A stretch of 64,000 bases of DNA from Terriglobia bacterium (GTDB lineage: Bacteria > Acidobacteriota > Terriglobia > JAJPHL01 > JAPKYU01), in contig CBDBKE010000003.1 of NCBI GenBank assembly GCA_965206645.1, forward strand, positions 849,690 to 913,689, in the 5' to 3' direction. A model generated the notes under the pieces. The model was given only the letters and a program-made list of their open reading frames with translations. It did no database searches and had not been told where the DNA came from. The position numbers and the translations under genes were made by a program. Positions 9,786-21,800 of this stretch are shown here, piece after piece; within the stretch, counting starts at the first letter, position 1, and each line of letters opens with the position of its first letter.

Positions 9786-12404
9786 TGACCAGACCGATTT
9801 TTTGTACCAACCGTAGTGAGAGTTTACATCGCAGCCTGGGGCTGTGAAACTGGTTTCAGTGGCAGGGGAGGGCTATAGAGTCTGTGTGAAAACCGCTCTT
9901 GCGAGTCACGTATAATGCGCCTTAAGGGGGCGCGATGAAATTCTTGACCTACAACCCGGAGCAAGCGTATCTGCTACCGCCCAGCGTGCGGGAGGTGCTG
10001 GGAGAAGATCACATCTGTTTTTTTGTGCACCAAGTCGTGGAGCGGCTGGAACTGAGTGCGTTTGAGCAGGGCTACGTGGAAGAAGGCCGCCCGGCCTATC
10101 ATCCGGCGCTGTTGCTGAAGGTGTGGCTGTATGCCTACGCGCTGGGCGTGACCTCGGCCCGCCGTCTGGAACAGCGGGTGCGGGAGGACCTGGCGTTCCG
10201 TTATCTGGCGGCCGGAGCGGGGCCGGACTTTTGGACGCTGAACCAGTTTCGGACGCGGCACGCCCGTGCCCTGAACGATCTGTTCACACAGGTGGTGGAG
10301 TTGGCGCGGTCGCTGGGGATGGGGCGGCTGGGACACGTGGCCATGGACTCGACGCGGGTGGCGGCCAACGCCTCGCAGGACCGGGTGGAGACGGTGGCCA
10401 AGTTGAGGGCAGAGCGAGCCAAAATTCGGCGGCAGATTCGTCGCTTGCAGAAACAATGTGACACGCAGTCCTGCGAGGAAGCGGCTGGCCAGCAACTGAG
10501 CGGCAAGCAGATGGCAGCGCTGGAGAAGCGGCTGGAAGAAATCCCGCGATGCCTGGAGCGGTTGCGCAAAAGCGGGCTGAAGCGGCGTTCGGAAACCGAT
10601 CCCGACAGCCGGTTTTTGCCGACCGCAAGGGATTCACGCTGGGTTACACGGCGGAGGTGGCGGTCAGCGAAGATCATCTGATTGTCGAGCAGCACGTGGG
10701 GCAAAACGCCACCGACAACGCGACGCTGGTCCCTCTGGTGGAGGCGGTCGAGCGGCACTGCCGGGAACGCCCGCGAAGGTCAGCGCCGACAGCGGCTTCT
10801 TTTGTGGAGACCATCGTGGAAGCCCAGCGTGGCCGACGTCTATGTGCCCGACTCGAACTTGGCGCGGGAACTGAACCGAGGCCAACGCGCGCCCGGAGCA
10901 CCTGCTGTACGGCATCCGGAACATCGGCGAATGCGACGCAAGCTGCGCGACCCGGCCGGCCGGGCGGTTTATCAGCGGCGCAAGGCGATCGTGGAACCAG
11001 TGATCGGGGTTTTGAAAGAACAGCGTGGAATGCGGCAGTTCCGGCGGCGGGGCCTGGAGAAGGTCGCGGTGGAGTTCGCGCTGGCCGCAACGGCCTTCAA
11101 CCTCACCCGCCTGTGGCGCAACAAACCGAAGCTAAATCAGGAAGGCTAGTTCAGCAGACTCCCGGACCGGCGACTCGGCGAAGATCGAAACACCAGAATT
11201 CTGGAGCGAATCATGAGATTTCCAGCCAGCTAAACCGAGGGCTATAGGCCCCCGGCGCCGGGGGCCTATAGGCGAGCGCCGAGTGCGGCCGCACCGTGTT
11301 GTATTGCACCCTCCACTGTTCAATCACCACCTGTGCCTCCTTCAACGAGTAGAAGATCTCTCCATTCAGGCATTCGTCCCGCAGCTTCCCATTGAAACTC
11401 TCGCAGTACCCGTTCTCCCAGGGACTGCCCGGTTCGATGTACAGTGTCCCGGTCCCTAGATTTGCCAACCACTGGCGCAGTTGTTTGGCGATGAACTCGG
11501 GACCATTGTCGGATCGAATCTGTTCCGGTATCCCTCGCCACAACATCACGTCCGACAACGCCTCAATGATTTGTTGGCTGCCCATCCTCCGCTCCACCCG
11601 GATCGCCAGGCATTCCCGCGTGTACTCATCCAGCAAGGTCAGCAGCCGCAGCGTTCTCCCCTCGTGCGTTCTGGCACTCATGAAGTCGTAGCTCCACACG
11701 TGGTTCGGTCGCTCCGGCCTCAGTCGTACACAGGAACCGTCGTTCAGCCACAGCCGTCCTCGCGGCCTTTGTTTTTGCGGCACTTTCAGCCCTTCCCGCC
11801 GCCAAATCCGCTGCACCCGGTCCTTGCCCACTTCCCAGCCCGCACTCCGCAGCAACGCTGTGATCCTCCGGTAGCCATATCGCCCGCACTTCGCTCCCAG
11901 GGCAATGATCGCTCGGGTCAGAGCATCCTCGTCCACCCGATGAATCGGCTCGTATCGTTGTGTCCCTCGCCATTGCCCTAGCAGCCGGCAGGCATGCCGT
12001 TCCGACAACCCGTGTTGCTCCCACGCACGCTCCACCGCACAACGCCGCCGCTCAGGGCTCAGAAGTTTCCCTGTGCCACATCCCGCAGCACCTGCTTCTC
12101 CAGAGAAAGCTTCGCTACCAACCGCTTCAGCCGCGTGTTTTCCTTCTCCAACTCCTTTAGCCGTTTTGCCTGCACCACCTTCAGCCCGCCGTATTCCTTC
12201 CGCCACCGGTAGTAGGTTTGGGTGTGGATTCCAGCTTCTTTGCAGGCTTGGGGCGCAGTCTTCCCGTTCCCCATCTGCACTTCTATCTGCCGTAGCACCG
12301 CTACAATCTGCTCCGGCTTGTAACTCCTTGTCGGCATGACCTCACTTCCTCCTCAAGTGGATTCTCTCTCTTTCCACTTGGTACAAAAAGTGCCGGTCAG
12401 GTCA
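9786..12404 (-). mobile_element. IS3-family element copy 2 (inverted relative to copy 1), interrupted near its right end by IS1182
   Basis: Near-identical to 4983-6232; TIRs at 12404 and 9786; orfA 12059-12337; retains YCESF. Confidence 0.95.
9878..11236 (+). mobile_element. IS1182-family element, transposase frameshifted (9935-11149)
   Basis: YHPALLLKVWLYAY, PDFWTL, MDSTRVAANAS, RKAIVEPVIG..FRRRGL; flanked by direct repeat GAGGGCTATAG (9868-9878, 11237-11247); exact ends uncertain. Confidence 0.88.
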
Positions 12405-12821
12405 GCGAAGCCTTTAGTTTCGACGATTAGCGAGCACTTAGAAGTGATCTTGTGGAAGCTCCTTGTGAATCCCGCAATGTCTATTTTGCCTCCAGCAACT
12501 GGAAATTCAACTTTGAGCTTCCGCTCAGCCCATCCCAACGAAAGCAAAAGAGGAAGCACAAGAAACGAGCACGTTTCATGCTCACAGACTTCGGCCCAGT
12601 CACAGTAGTTGTAGTAGTAGTCAGCCAGGAGTCTGATTCGTCGGAACGTATTCGTTAGCTCCTCCGCAGCATCCGGGCGTAGCCCCTCCGCGGCAAAATG
12701 TGGCAGGTGATGCTCATTCTGGTCGGCTTGGTGGCGAGCATCTGCCGGGCCGAATATGTTCCCCTGACTTGGCCAGAACTCGTCCTGGATCTGATCGCCT
12801 TTCACGATCCGACTTTGCATG
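12405..12821 (-). pseudogene. PD-(D/E)XK restriction-endonuclease-like fragment (HsdR N-terminal type), cut by IS3 and IS6
   Basis: EHETCSFLVLPLLLSLGW..VEFPV..KIDIA..LIVETK. Confidence 0.6.
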
Positions 12822-13772
12822 GGCTTTGTCAAGTTAAGGCAGAATCAGGTAGTGGGCTACTTTGAATCCGCAGGAGCTGTCGTAGCGGCGGCCTTTAGGC
12901 CGCCATGGGTCTTGGCAGTCTGAAGCCTGCCGCTACGCCAACAACCCGTGGCAGCCTGAAGCGTCCAAAAGGATCAAAGTAGCCCACTACCCAGAATCAG
13001 GCACAATTGGCGGATGAAATCACAATATCGAGGGCATCGCTTTCCAGCTGAAACTATCAGTCACGCCGTCTGGCTGTACCATCGGTTCACGATGAGCTTT
13101 CGCGACGTCGAAGACCTGCTTGCTGAGCGAGGCAGCATCGTTTCTTACGAGGCAATTCGATATTGGTGTCTGAAGTTCGGGCCGGCCTATGCTCGCAATC
13201 TGCGGAGGAAGCAGGGGCGACTCGGCGACATCTGGCATGTAGATGAGCTCTTCATCAAAATCCGAGGTTAGCACTTCTATCTGTGGCGAGCTGTCGATCA
13301 GGATGGAGACGTAATCGATATTCTGGTTACCAAATGTAGAGATCGTCGAGCCGCTACGCGCTTCTTTCGTAAGATGTTGCAATATCAGAAACGACCACCC
13401 TGGCAACTGATCACCGACAAGCTGCGCAGTTATAGGGCAGCGCATCGAGAGGTCTTTCCTGGCTGTCGTTCATCGCACCGGTCGATACGAGAACAACAGG
13501 GCTGAAGCCTCGCATCAGCCAACGCGTCAGCAAGAACGCCGGATGAGACGGTTCAAATCAATAGAACATACACAACGTTTTCTCTCAGTCCACGGCCCCA
13601 TTCAGAACTTGTTCCGAGTCGGTCGTCATCATCTGAAAGCGCACCATCATCGACTCCTCCGCACCCGGGCTTTTTCCGATTGGAAAGAGATGACGTGCGC
13701 CTGTTGAGTAATTGCAAAACTCCATTCGTTTTCGGGAGAATCTTGCCTCGGCTCCGTTAACTTGACAAAGCC
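12822..13772 (+). mobile_element. IS6-family element copy A, inactive transposase, carries a MITE
   Basis: Perfect 16-bp TIR GGCTTTGTCAAGTTAA; WHVDE motif; TAG at 13269-13271 and a frameshift near 13460. Confidence 0.95.
12848..12991. mobile_element. 144-bp MITE with IS1-like ends
   Basis: 18-bp perfect TIR GGTAGTGGGCTACTTTGA; 8-bp TSD CAGAATCA; absent from IS6 copy B (empty site). Confidence 0.92.
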
Positions 13773-13886
13773 CTCTACGAAGCTCTTGACTTGCCCGGCC
13801 AGCCGCTTCTGCTCCTGTGCGTATTGCCCGGCCGGTTTGCCTAATTCGTCCGTCAATTGCTGCTCTAGCTGGGTCATAGATCTTCT

Positions 13887-16163
13887 TCAGCCGCGCTTCC
13901 ACGCTGGCGATCTGCGCGGTTTTATCTGTGACCTGCCGGGTGTAATCGTCGCGCTCGCGGCGATCCGCCCGCTGGCCGGATCGCCGAGCCATTCGTCCAG
14001 CTTCGACCACCGCCGCCCCGAGACGTTACGCACTGCGATGGCCACCGCCTTTTTTTGGCCGACCAGCACAACCAGCCGTCTACCGCGCGTCACGCCGGTG
14101 TAGAGCAGATTCCGCTGGAGCATGGCGTAGTGCTGAGTCAGCACGGGGATGACGACGGCGGGATACTCTGAGCCCTGGCTCTTGTGAATAGTTACGGCGT
14201 ATGCGGGAACCAGCGTATCAAGCTCGCCGAAGCCATAAGCGACGGCGCGCCCGTCGAAACTCGCGTTCAGCTCCCCGGCATTGGGATCGACATCTTCGAT
14301 ATAGCCGATGTCGCCGTTATAAACTTCTTTGTCGTAATCGTTTTCGATCTGCATCACCTTGTCTCCAGGCGCAAAGGTCCAACCGAAGCGTTCGACCTTG
14401 CACTCGCCGGCGGGATTGAGGGCGGCCTGCAGCTCAATGTTGAGCGAGCGGGTGCCGGCGCCGCCACGGTTCATCGGGCACAGCACCTGGATGTCGCGGA
14501 CGGGATCGAGCCCGAAGCGCTTCGGGATGCGCGTCTTCACCAATTCGATGATCTGCAGGACCGCGGTTTCCAGATCGTCTGCCTGTACGAAGTAGAAGTC
14601 GCTGTCGCCCTTAGGTTTTGAAAGATCTGGAATGGAGCCCCGATTGATCCTGTGTGCGCTGGTGACGATCCGGCTCAGCGCCGCCTGACGGAAAACCTCG
14701 GTCAGCCGCACGACGGGGACCGTGCCGGAGGAAATGATGTCGGCAAGCACCTGGCCCGGACCGACTGAGGGGAGTTGGTCGATGTCGCCGACAATCAGCA
14801 ACGCGGCACCGTCGGGGACTGCCTTCAGCAAGGCCTGCATCAGCATGATGTCCACCATCGAGGTCTCGTCGACTACCAGCAGGCCGCAGTCAAGAGGGTT
14901 GTCGGCGTTGCGCTTGAACCCGCCGGCCCTGGGATCGACTTCGAGCAGCCGGTGGATCGTCCTGGCCTCGAACCCGCTGGCCTCGGTTATCCGTTTGGCG
15001 GCGCGGCCGGTTGGCGCGCAGAGCAGAAGGTTCACGCCCTTGGCGGCCAGGATGCGCAGAATGGCGTTGACGATGGTTGTCTTGCCCACGCCCGGCCCTC
15101 CGGTGATGACCAATGCCTTGGAGATCAGAGCCAGGCGAACCGCATCGGCCTGGCTTGCCGCCAGCGACAGGCCGGTCTTCCGCTCGACCCAGGGTATCGC
15201 CTTGCCGGCATCGATATCCGGCCAGGGGAGCTTGCCATCCGCAATCCGTAGAAACCGTTCGGCAATCGCCCGTTCGGCCCGGTACAGACCGCCGAGGAAA
15301 ATACAGGGGGTGTCGGCAACCGTGTCCGCAACGATCGTCCCTTCGCCCAATTCGAGATCCAGTGCGCTCTGAACCAACTCATTTGAGACTTCCAGCAATT
15401 CGACGGCGTGCGGCACAAGCTCTTCGGCGGGCAGGCCGCAATGACCGTCGTCCATCGCCTCGGTGAGCGCATAGGAGATCCCCGCGCGAACCCGGATCAT
15501 GGCGGCCTTCCCGATGCCGAGCTTCATGGCGATCGCGTCGGCGGTCTTGAACCCGATGCCCCGAATGTCCCGTGCAAGGCGGTACGGGTTCTCGGTCATG
15601 ACCTGAACGGCATCCGCGCCGTAGGTCTTGTAGATCCGCACCGCGGTCGCCGTGCCAACGCCATGACTGTGCAGAAAAACCATGATCTCGCGAACGATCT
15701 TCTGTTCCGCCCAGGCGTCAGTGATCCGCCCGGCGCGTACGCGCCCGATTCCGGTTACCTCGCACAGCCGTTCCGGCTCCGCCTCGATGATATCGAACAC
15801 TTTTACACCGAACGTCTTGATCATCTTCCCGGCGTAGACCGGCCCGATGCCGCGGATCATGCCGGAGCCGAGGTATTTCTCGATGCCGTCGATCGACGAC
15901 GGTGCCGAGGTGCGTATAAAACGCGCCTTGAATTGCTGACCATGGGTACGGTCGTTAACCCATTCCCCCGATGCCGAAATCCACTCCCCCGCCGAGACGA
16001 TGGCGGCGTGGCCGACGACCGTCACAAAATCGTGATGGCCCCGGACCTTGGTGCGTAGGACACAAAATCCGTTATCGGCATTGTGGAACGTCACCCGCTC
16101 GACAAGGCCGGCCAGGACTTCTCGAGCCGACGATTCCGGTTGTCGCTTGACTGTGGTTGTCAC
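13887..16163 (-). CDS. recD2: ATP-dependent RecD2-like SF1B DNA helicase
   Basis: N-terminal OB and HhH (IRGIG, GIGFKTAD); GGPGVGKT, VDETSM, GDIDQL, TIHKSQGSE, LYTGVTR. Confidence 0.93.
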   Translation of the reverse strand: MTTTVKRQPESSAREVLAGLVERVTFHNADNGFCVLRTKVRGHHDFVTVVGHAAIVSAGEWISASGEWVNDRTHGQQFKARFIRTSAPSSIDGIEKYLGSGMIRGIGPVYAGKMIKTFGVKVFDIIEAEPERLCEVTGIGRVRAGRITDAWAEQKIVREIMVFLHSHGVGTATAVRIYKTYGADAVQVMTENPYRLARDIRGIGFKTADAIAMKLGIGKAAMIRVRAGISYALTEAMDDGHCGLPAEELVPHAVELLEVSNELVQSALDLELGEGTIVADTVADTPCIFLGGLYRAERAIAERFLRIADGKLPWPDIDAGKAIPWVERKTGLSLAASQADAVRLALISKALVITGGPGVGKTTIVNAILRILAAKGVNLLLCAPTGRAAKRITEASGFEARTIHRLLEVDPRAGGFKRNADNPLDCGLLVVDETSMVDIMLMQALLKAVPDGAALLIVGDIDQLPSVGPGQVLADIISSGTVPVVRLTEVFRQAALSRIVTSAHRINRGSIPDLSKPKGDSDFYFVQADDLETAVLQIIELVKTRIPKRFGLDPVRDIQVLCPMNRGGAGTRSLNIELQAALNPAGECKVERFGWTFAPGDKVMQIENDYDKEVYNGDIGYIEDVDPNAGELNASFDGRAVAYGFGELDTLVPAYAVTIHKSQGSEYPAVVIPVLTQHYAMLQRNLLYTGVTRGRRLVVLVGQKKAVAIAVRNVSGRRWSKLDEWLGDPASGRIAASATITPGRSQIKPRRSPAWKRG

Positions 16164-16931
16164 GACGTACTGATCGCGGTGGCGGTCAACAATTTCTTAC
16201 TGACATCGAATTGCCGCGCCCGCTCCGCCCTCGCCGCCGGTCTTTCGGAGGCTGACTCGTCGCCTTCCATAGTGGCCAGAGTGGTTTCATGGCGAAAGCG
16301 CTCGATGCACGCGAGGTGTGTCCGTATCTCCTGCGGCGTAAACATGCGCTTCACCCCGAAAACAAACCGGGGTAGTGCGCGCAGCGCACCGCAAGTTCCT
16401 ACCAGTGAATATAACTGGAGTCTATGACGCATTGCTCAAGCTATGCAACCCGTTTGGAACCTCAATCCTCGACGTGTGGAGAACCGGCAACGCCATCCCT
16501 CATGAGGTGCCAGCCGAGTCGAGGCTGGAACGGCATTGGGCGCCGCCGCTTGGCGCGGTGCTGGGGTGCGCACCCGCGCTGGTGGGCGAGTTGCTGTTCT
16601 AGGAAGCTGTCGGATTTGCCGCGCAAGCGGCAAGGCGTCGCTTGAGCTGAGGTGAAACGCAGCATCTATGGAAGCAGCGCGGTTTTGATGCTGGTAGTAC
16701 TACCCAACGGGAATCGCCTCAGCAGCGGCTTTAGCCTTTTCCTTAGCGCGCTCCAATCTCGCGTAGTACCTCGTAAACCTTACTCACGATAAGGATCGGA
16801 GAGCGGCGGGGATCGGCCCCGCCGCTCTCTGATGTCTGCGGCACGCTGGGACTCGCCCTCCGGCTCTTCTTCCTGCGGAAGCTCGAGGATTCGCGGCCGA
16901 GTGCGGCCCAGATTGCTGCAAAAATATCCTT

Positions 16932-17530
16932 CTAGTCGCACCAACTTCGTTGGATACGCGCACTCGGTGGCTTTTCCGTCCGGTCCTTAAATCTGTCCTT
17001 GAAGATGCATAGCATGTCCTCAATCTCGTGCGGTTCTAAGGCCCTCAACGCAGGAGGAAGGACGGACCTGCTCAAGGTCTTCGCTTTCTGGTCGAAACCG
17101 AGTGCACGAGCGCCGACTCGCGTTCCTGCATGCAGGTAGACCTTGGTTGGAAATAGCCCAAGCTTTGCGCCTCTCCGGAGAGATGTATCGTAGACGTAAA
17201 GTTCGCCAACACCGAATACGTCCTCCAGCGCCGTTTCAGCGAGTTGGACAACTTATCGAAGCTTTCCGCCTTCCTGAGTTGACGTTTATGCGCCAAAAGG
17301 ACGTCCAATGCCTGCTCCAGAGTCTTTCTCTTGAGTCGACGTTGATGCGAATATCGCTTGCCTCGACTGTTGATTGCGAGTGCCGCGTGATCTATCGCCC
17401 TTTGGAGACTCGGTTGTGCCTCGAACCACTGCAACTCAGCCTGGGCGCGGGGACGGATGTTTCTGGCGTATGTGCGACCGGCCGATGTCAATTTCAAGAG
17501 AAAGGCCTCCGGTGAAGTCTCTGTTCTCAT
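16932..17530 (-). pseudogene. Hypothetical HhH-like protein, frameshifted near 17250
   Basis: Second frame reads VFGVGELYVYDTSLR..VYLHAGTRVGARALG..EIEDMLCIFKD to TAG at 16932. Confidence 0.55.
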
Positions 17531-17886
17531 CAAAGAGCAAGACAGGGGCGAAAGGAGGGTCTCCGATAAGATTCCGAGGCATCAGAATAGCTCCCGGAGC
17601 GGAACGCCGAGAGCCGCTAGAGCTGCCGAGTCACAAGCACCCCTCTCTTTCGTGTACGGATAGGATAATCCTTGGGATGCGTAACTAAGAGAGAGAATAT
17701 GGCGAACAGAAAACACTACTTATCAAGTGTGTGCTCAAGGGCTCGCTTGATGCGAGGGATTAAGCGTCGGAGCTGAGTCCCACTAGATACGTTGGAAGCG
17801 CGCCATCCAGGACTTTCCTTGAAACTAACGTGAAGATGCTTTTTCGTAGGCTGATACCAACAAAGTTTTGCGTCACCCGATAATAG

Positions 17887-18802
17887 CCCGCATTTCTATT
17901 TTGAAAACGCAGCGGCAACCTTCAGCTAACCTCCAACGTCAATATCGATACTGGTTGCAGCATCAATCGGAGCGTTCGGAGGCGTAAACCCAATGGGTGA
18001 GAGCGGAAAACAGGGATTTCAGCTGTCGTTCAACCGATTTCTGCGAGTCGGGTTTCAGGGATCACGGGTGACTTCCAATGGTGGACTGATTCTGGTCCGG
18101 GAGTTGGATGAGCGTCCGGGATTCAGCGAACTCATTGACGAGCACCTGACCGATTCGCGGGCAAACAATGCTCGGTTTTCTTTCGCGGACTTGCTGCGGC
18201 AGTCGGTCTACAGTCGCCTAGCTGGATACGAGGATGTAAATGATGCCGAGCGGCTGTCGCAAGACCCGACCTTTCAGCTGATTGGTTCAGAGAAGACTTG
18301 GGAACGAGGCGCGGCGCTGACCTCCAGGTTGCAAACTTTCGAGACGGAGATGCTGGCGAAGGTGGAGAACTTCGTCGGGTTAGCCCGGATCAACCGGGAA
18401 CTGATCGGAAAGGTCGAAGCCTTCCAGTGGCACTACCGAGCGGTGCTGGATATGGACTCAACCGAGATTCCGGTCTACGGGGAGCAGGAACAGAGCGCCT
18501 ACAACGGACACTTCGAGTCGGTCTGCTATCACCCGCTGCTTTTGTTCAATCGAGACGGCGACTGTCTGGCGGGCCAGCTCCGTCCCGGCAACGTGCACAG
18601 TGCCGAGGGTTGGGATGAGCTGCTGCTGCCCGAGATTGAGCGCCAACAGGCCGAAGGGAAACACGTGACGTTCCGGGTCAAGAGGGCCTGAACAGACGGG
18701 GAAGGAAGTCGAGCGTGACAGGGACGCCAGAATACCGCTGCGCAAGCAACTCCAAATTCGTGTACACTGCCCGTTCCCGGAGGGCCAAAACGGAAATCTC
18801 CG
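17887..18802 (+). mobile_element. IS1380-family element with internal deletion
   Basis: TSNGGLILVRE, GYEDVND, LDMDST, YHPL, LRPGN; ends CCCGCATTTCTATTTTG and CAAAACGGAAATCTCCG. Confidence 0.82.
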
Positions 18803-18805
18803 TCT

Positions 18806-21800
18806 ATGTTTCATATAATCAGATTCTTGGCTTTTTGGAACTGGCGTTTTCTTATCCCTTTCTCCTACGTTCGGTGCCCGGTACGCCAACTGAGAACCGT
18901 CCTGGGGCTTCTGCTGGCCAGTGGCGCTCTGGTGCAGGCTCAGACCAACACTGGCAACATCCGCGGCTATGTGTACGACGAAACACGAGCGGTTGTTCCG
19001 GGCACAACCGTAACGGTAGTTGATCAGAGCCGTGGTGTGAGGCGGCAGACACGCACGTCGGCTCTCGGTGAATATTTCTTCAGTCATCTCGATCCGGGCC
19101 TTCACACGTTGCGTTTCGAGGTAGAGAACTTTGCCTCGTATCTCCTCGAGGATTTCGAGGTGCGTATCGGAGAGACGGAGTCATTTTCCCCCCGGCTTGC
19201 ACTGGCCGCAGCCGAGGAGCATATCGTTATCTCGGCAGAATCATCCCAGCCAGCTCTTGAGCCCGACAGAACGCAGCAGTCCGACCGTATCGATTTCGTC
19301 AGCATCCAGAATCTTCCCATCAACCGCCGGGACTACCTGGACTTGGCTCTGCTGACTCCGGGAGTAGTGGACACAAACTACATTGCAGACGACCGGGATT
19401 TCCGCATCGCCCCTACGCCGCAGTCCGGACTGGGCATCGGCGGCACGAACGGGCGCGGCAACACATTCATGCTGGACGGCTTGACCAATGTCTACAACTC
19501 TGGCAGCGTGCGCTCCTCGATCAGCCAGGAAGCGGTGCGCGAGTTTCAGATTAACCGCAATTCGTTTTCATCGGAACTAGGCGGGGCGCCAGGCGGAGCG
19601 ATCAACATCGTCACCAAGGGAGGTACGAACAAGCTGCATGGATCCCTTTTCGGGGTACTCCGCAACCGCCGCTTCCAGGCCCGCAACTTCTTCGACCCAA
19701 GGAAGTCCGCGTACACGCGCGCACAGAGCGGCGTGTCCATTGGCGGTCCCATCTCGCGTAACAAGACGTTCTTCTACAGCGCTTACGAGCGCCTCGACCG
19801 TCACGAATCGGCGTTCGTTCCACTGCTTCAGGACAGATCATTTTTGTATCGGTTGACGCCTTCGCAGCAGGCCTTGGTGAATGCGCTCGGCTCCGGGGCG
19901 GCTCCGCCCCAGCTTCTCCCGTTGGTCAAAGAGCTTTCGGCGGCGCTGGTTCCGGGCAATTACCCCCACGTGGTCTCTCTGTTCGAGAACAACAGCGGTG
20001 TGTTCCCGTTCTCGGAACAACGCCAGCAATTCCTATCGCGCATCGACCACACGGTGCGAGATGGGCACAACCTCTTCCTGCGGGGGAACTGGATGGGCCA
20101 GGATAACGAGAATACATCCTTCGGTTCGCTGGTTGGTTATACCCGCGGGCGGATCGGTAAAATCAACGATTTCTCGATTGCATTGGGCGATACTCTGGTG
20201 ATTGGTCCGCGGTGGGTCAGCGAGACCCGGTTGGGCCTCGCGTATCACGACGCCGGGTCATACCCGACCGACCCGTACGGTCCGTCGATCGACATCAACG
20301 GCTTTGGTTTTTTCGGACGGGACTTCATTCTACCGGGCCGTGTGGTGGAACGCGCGTGGCAACTGCGACAGAACTTCACGCGCGTCTCCGGTCGACATAT
20401 CTTCAAGTTTGGTGCGGACATCAACCCCCTACGCGACAGCGCGCAGGTGGAAACGTTCTTCAGTGGACGATTCATCTTCGGAGAGGCCGTACCTCTTGCG
20501 AATCTGATTGACAGTGCTGCTGGCGCCGGCACTTCGCAATTTCTCAAGGCTACACTGTCCGGAGCCGGTGCTCCCGAACTCGCAGCAGCGGTCGGTGAAC
20601 CCGTCTCTGCCTTGCAGTCCTATGCGTTAGGCCTGCCGATCATCTATCAGCAGGGATTCGGCAACCCCAACTGGGCTGGCTGGGCGAATCGCTACAGCTT
20701 CTTTGCTGAGGACTCGTGGCGCTTGGCGCAGAACTTCTTGCTCACCCTCGGCGGGCGTCATGAATTCGAGATGAAGACGGGGTTCCCGCGCGACAACAAC
20801 AACTTTGCACCAAGAGCAGGATTTGCCTGGAGTCCGGATACCAAGACGGTCGTTCGGGGCGGTTACGGAATCTTCTATTCGCGGATCGACAGCCAGGTCG
20901 TGTACGTCAACGACCTGCTCGGAGAGAAGCAGCAGATTTACCAGGTTTTCGTGCCCCTGACTGGACTGCCGGGAATCAACAGCGCTCTGACCGGCCAGCC
21001 GCTCACGTCCGCGGAAATCTATCAGACAGCATTGGCCAGGGGGATCCTCGGCAAACGGCAGATCACTCCCGAGGACCTTAAGATTCATGGCATTGATCCT
21101 GGCCCCGGGCTACCTCTGCGCGTGCAGTTCCGGGTGGCCCGGGATACCGTAAACCCCTACTCCCAGCAGGGTAGTTTCGAGATCCAAAGAGAGGTTGCCG
21201 GCTATGCGCTCTCTGCGGGGTACAACTTCAACCGTGGCCTCCATCTAATCCGCCCGCTCGACGTCAACGCCTATCGCGCCGGGACGAATGACCAAGGAAG
21301 GCCGATTGTGGGTTTTCATAATCCGTTACTCCTGCAGGACAACGTCTACGGCAGCTGGGGTAATTCCTACTATCACGCCTTGATCCTCCAGCTGAAGAAG
21401 CGCTTCTCCCAGGGTTTCATGATTTCCGCTCATCACACGTGGAGCAAGGCGATCGACGAGAACACGGATTACAACTCGTCGTTCGAGCCCCACTTGCAGT
21501 GGATTGCCAAGAATGAACGCGCCCTGTCTTCCTACCACCGCGGACATCGCTTCGTTGCGCACACTGTGGTGAATTCCCCTTGGAAGAAGGACAAGGGCAG
21601 CGGGTTCCTCCACAACTTACTCAGTGACTTCACGCTTTCCGGGATCGTGATCGCGCGCTCGTTTGCCCCGTTCAACCTCAATGCGGGCTACGACAACATT
21701 GGCGACCGCCACACTGACACCCACCGCCCATGGGGTATGGGCCGCAACACCGGAATCGGGCCCAACTTCTTCACTCTCGACATCCGCCTGATGCGCCAGT

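Noticed and set aside
13773-13877. MbeD/MobD-like mobilisation protein fragment (MTQLEQQLT..)
   Set aside because: About 35 codons cut by IS6; the resemblance is too weak to call.
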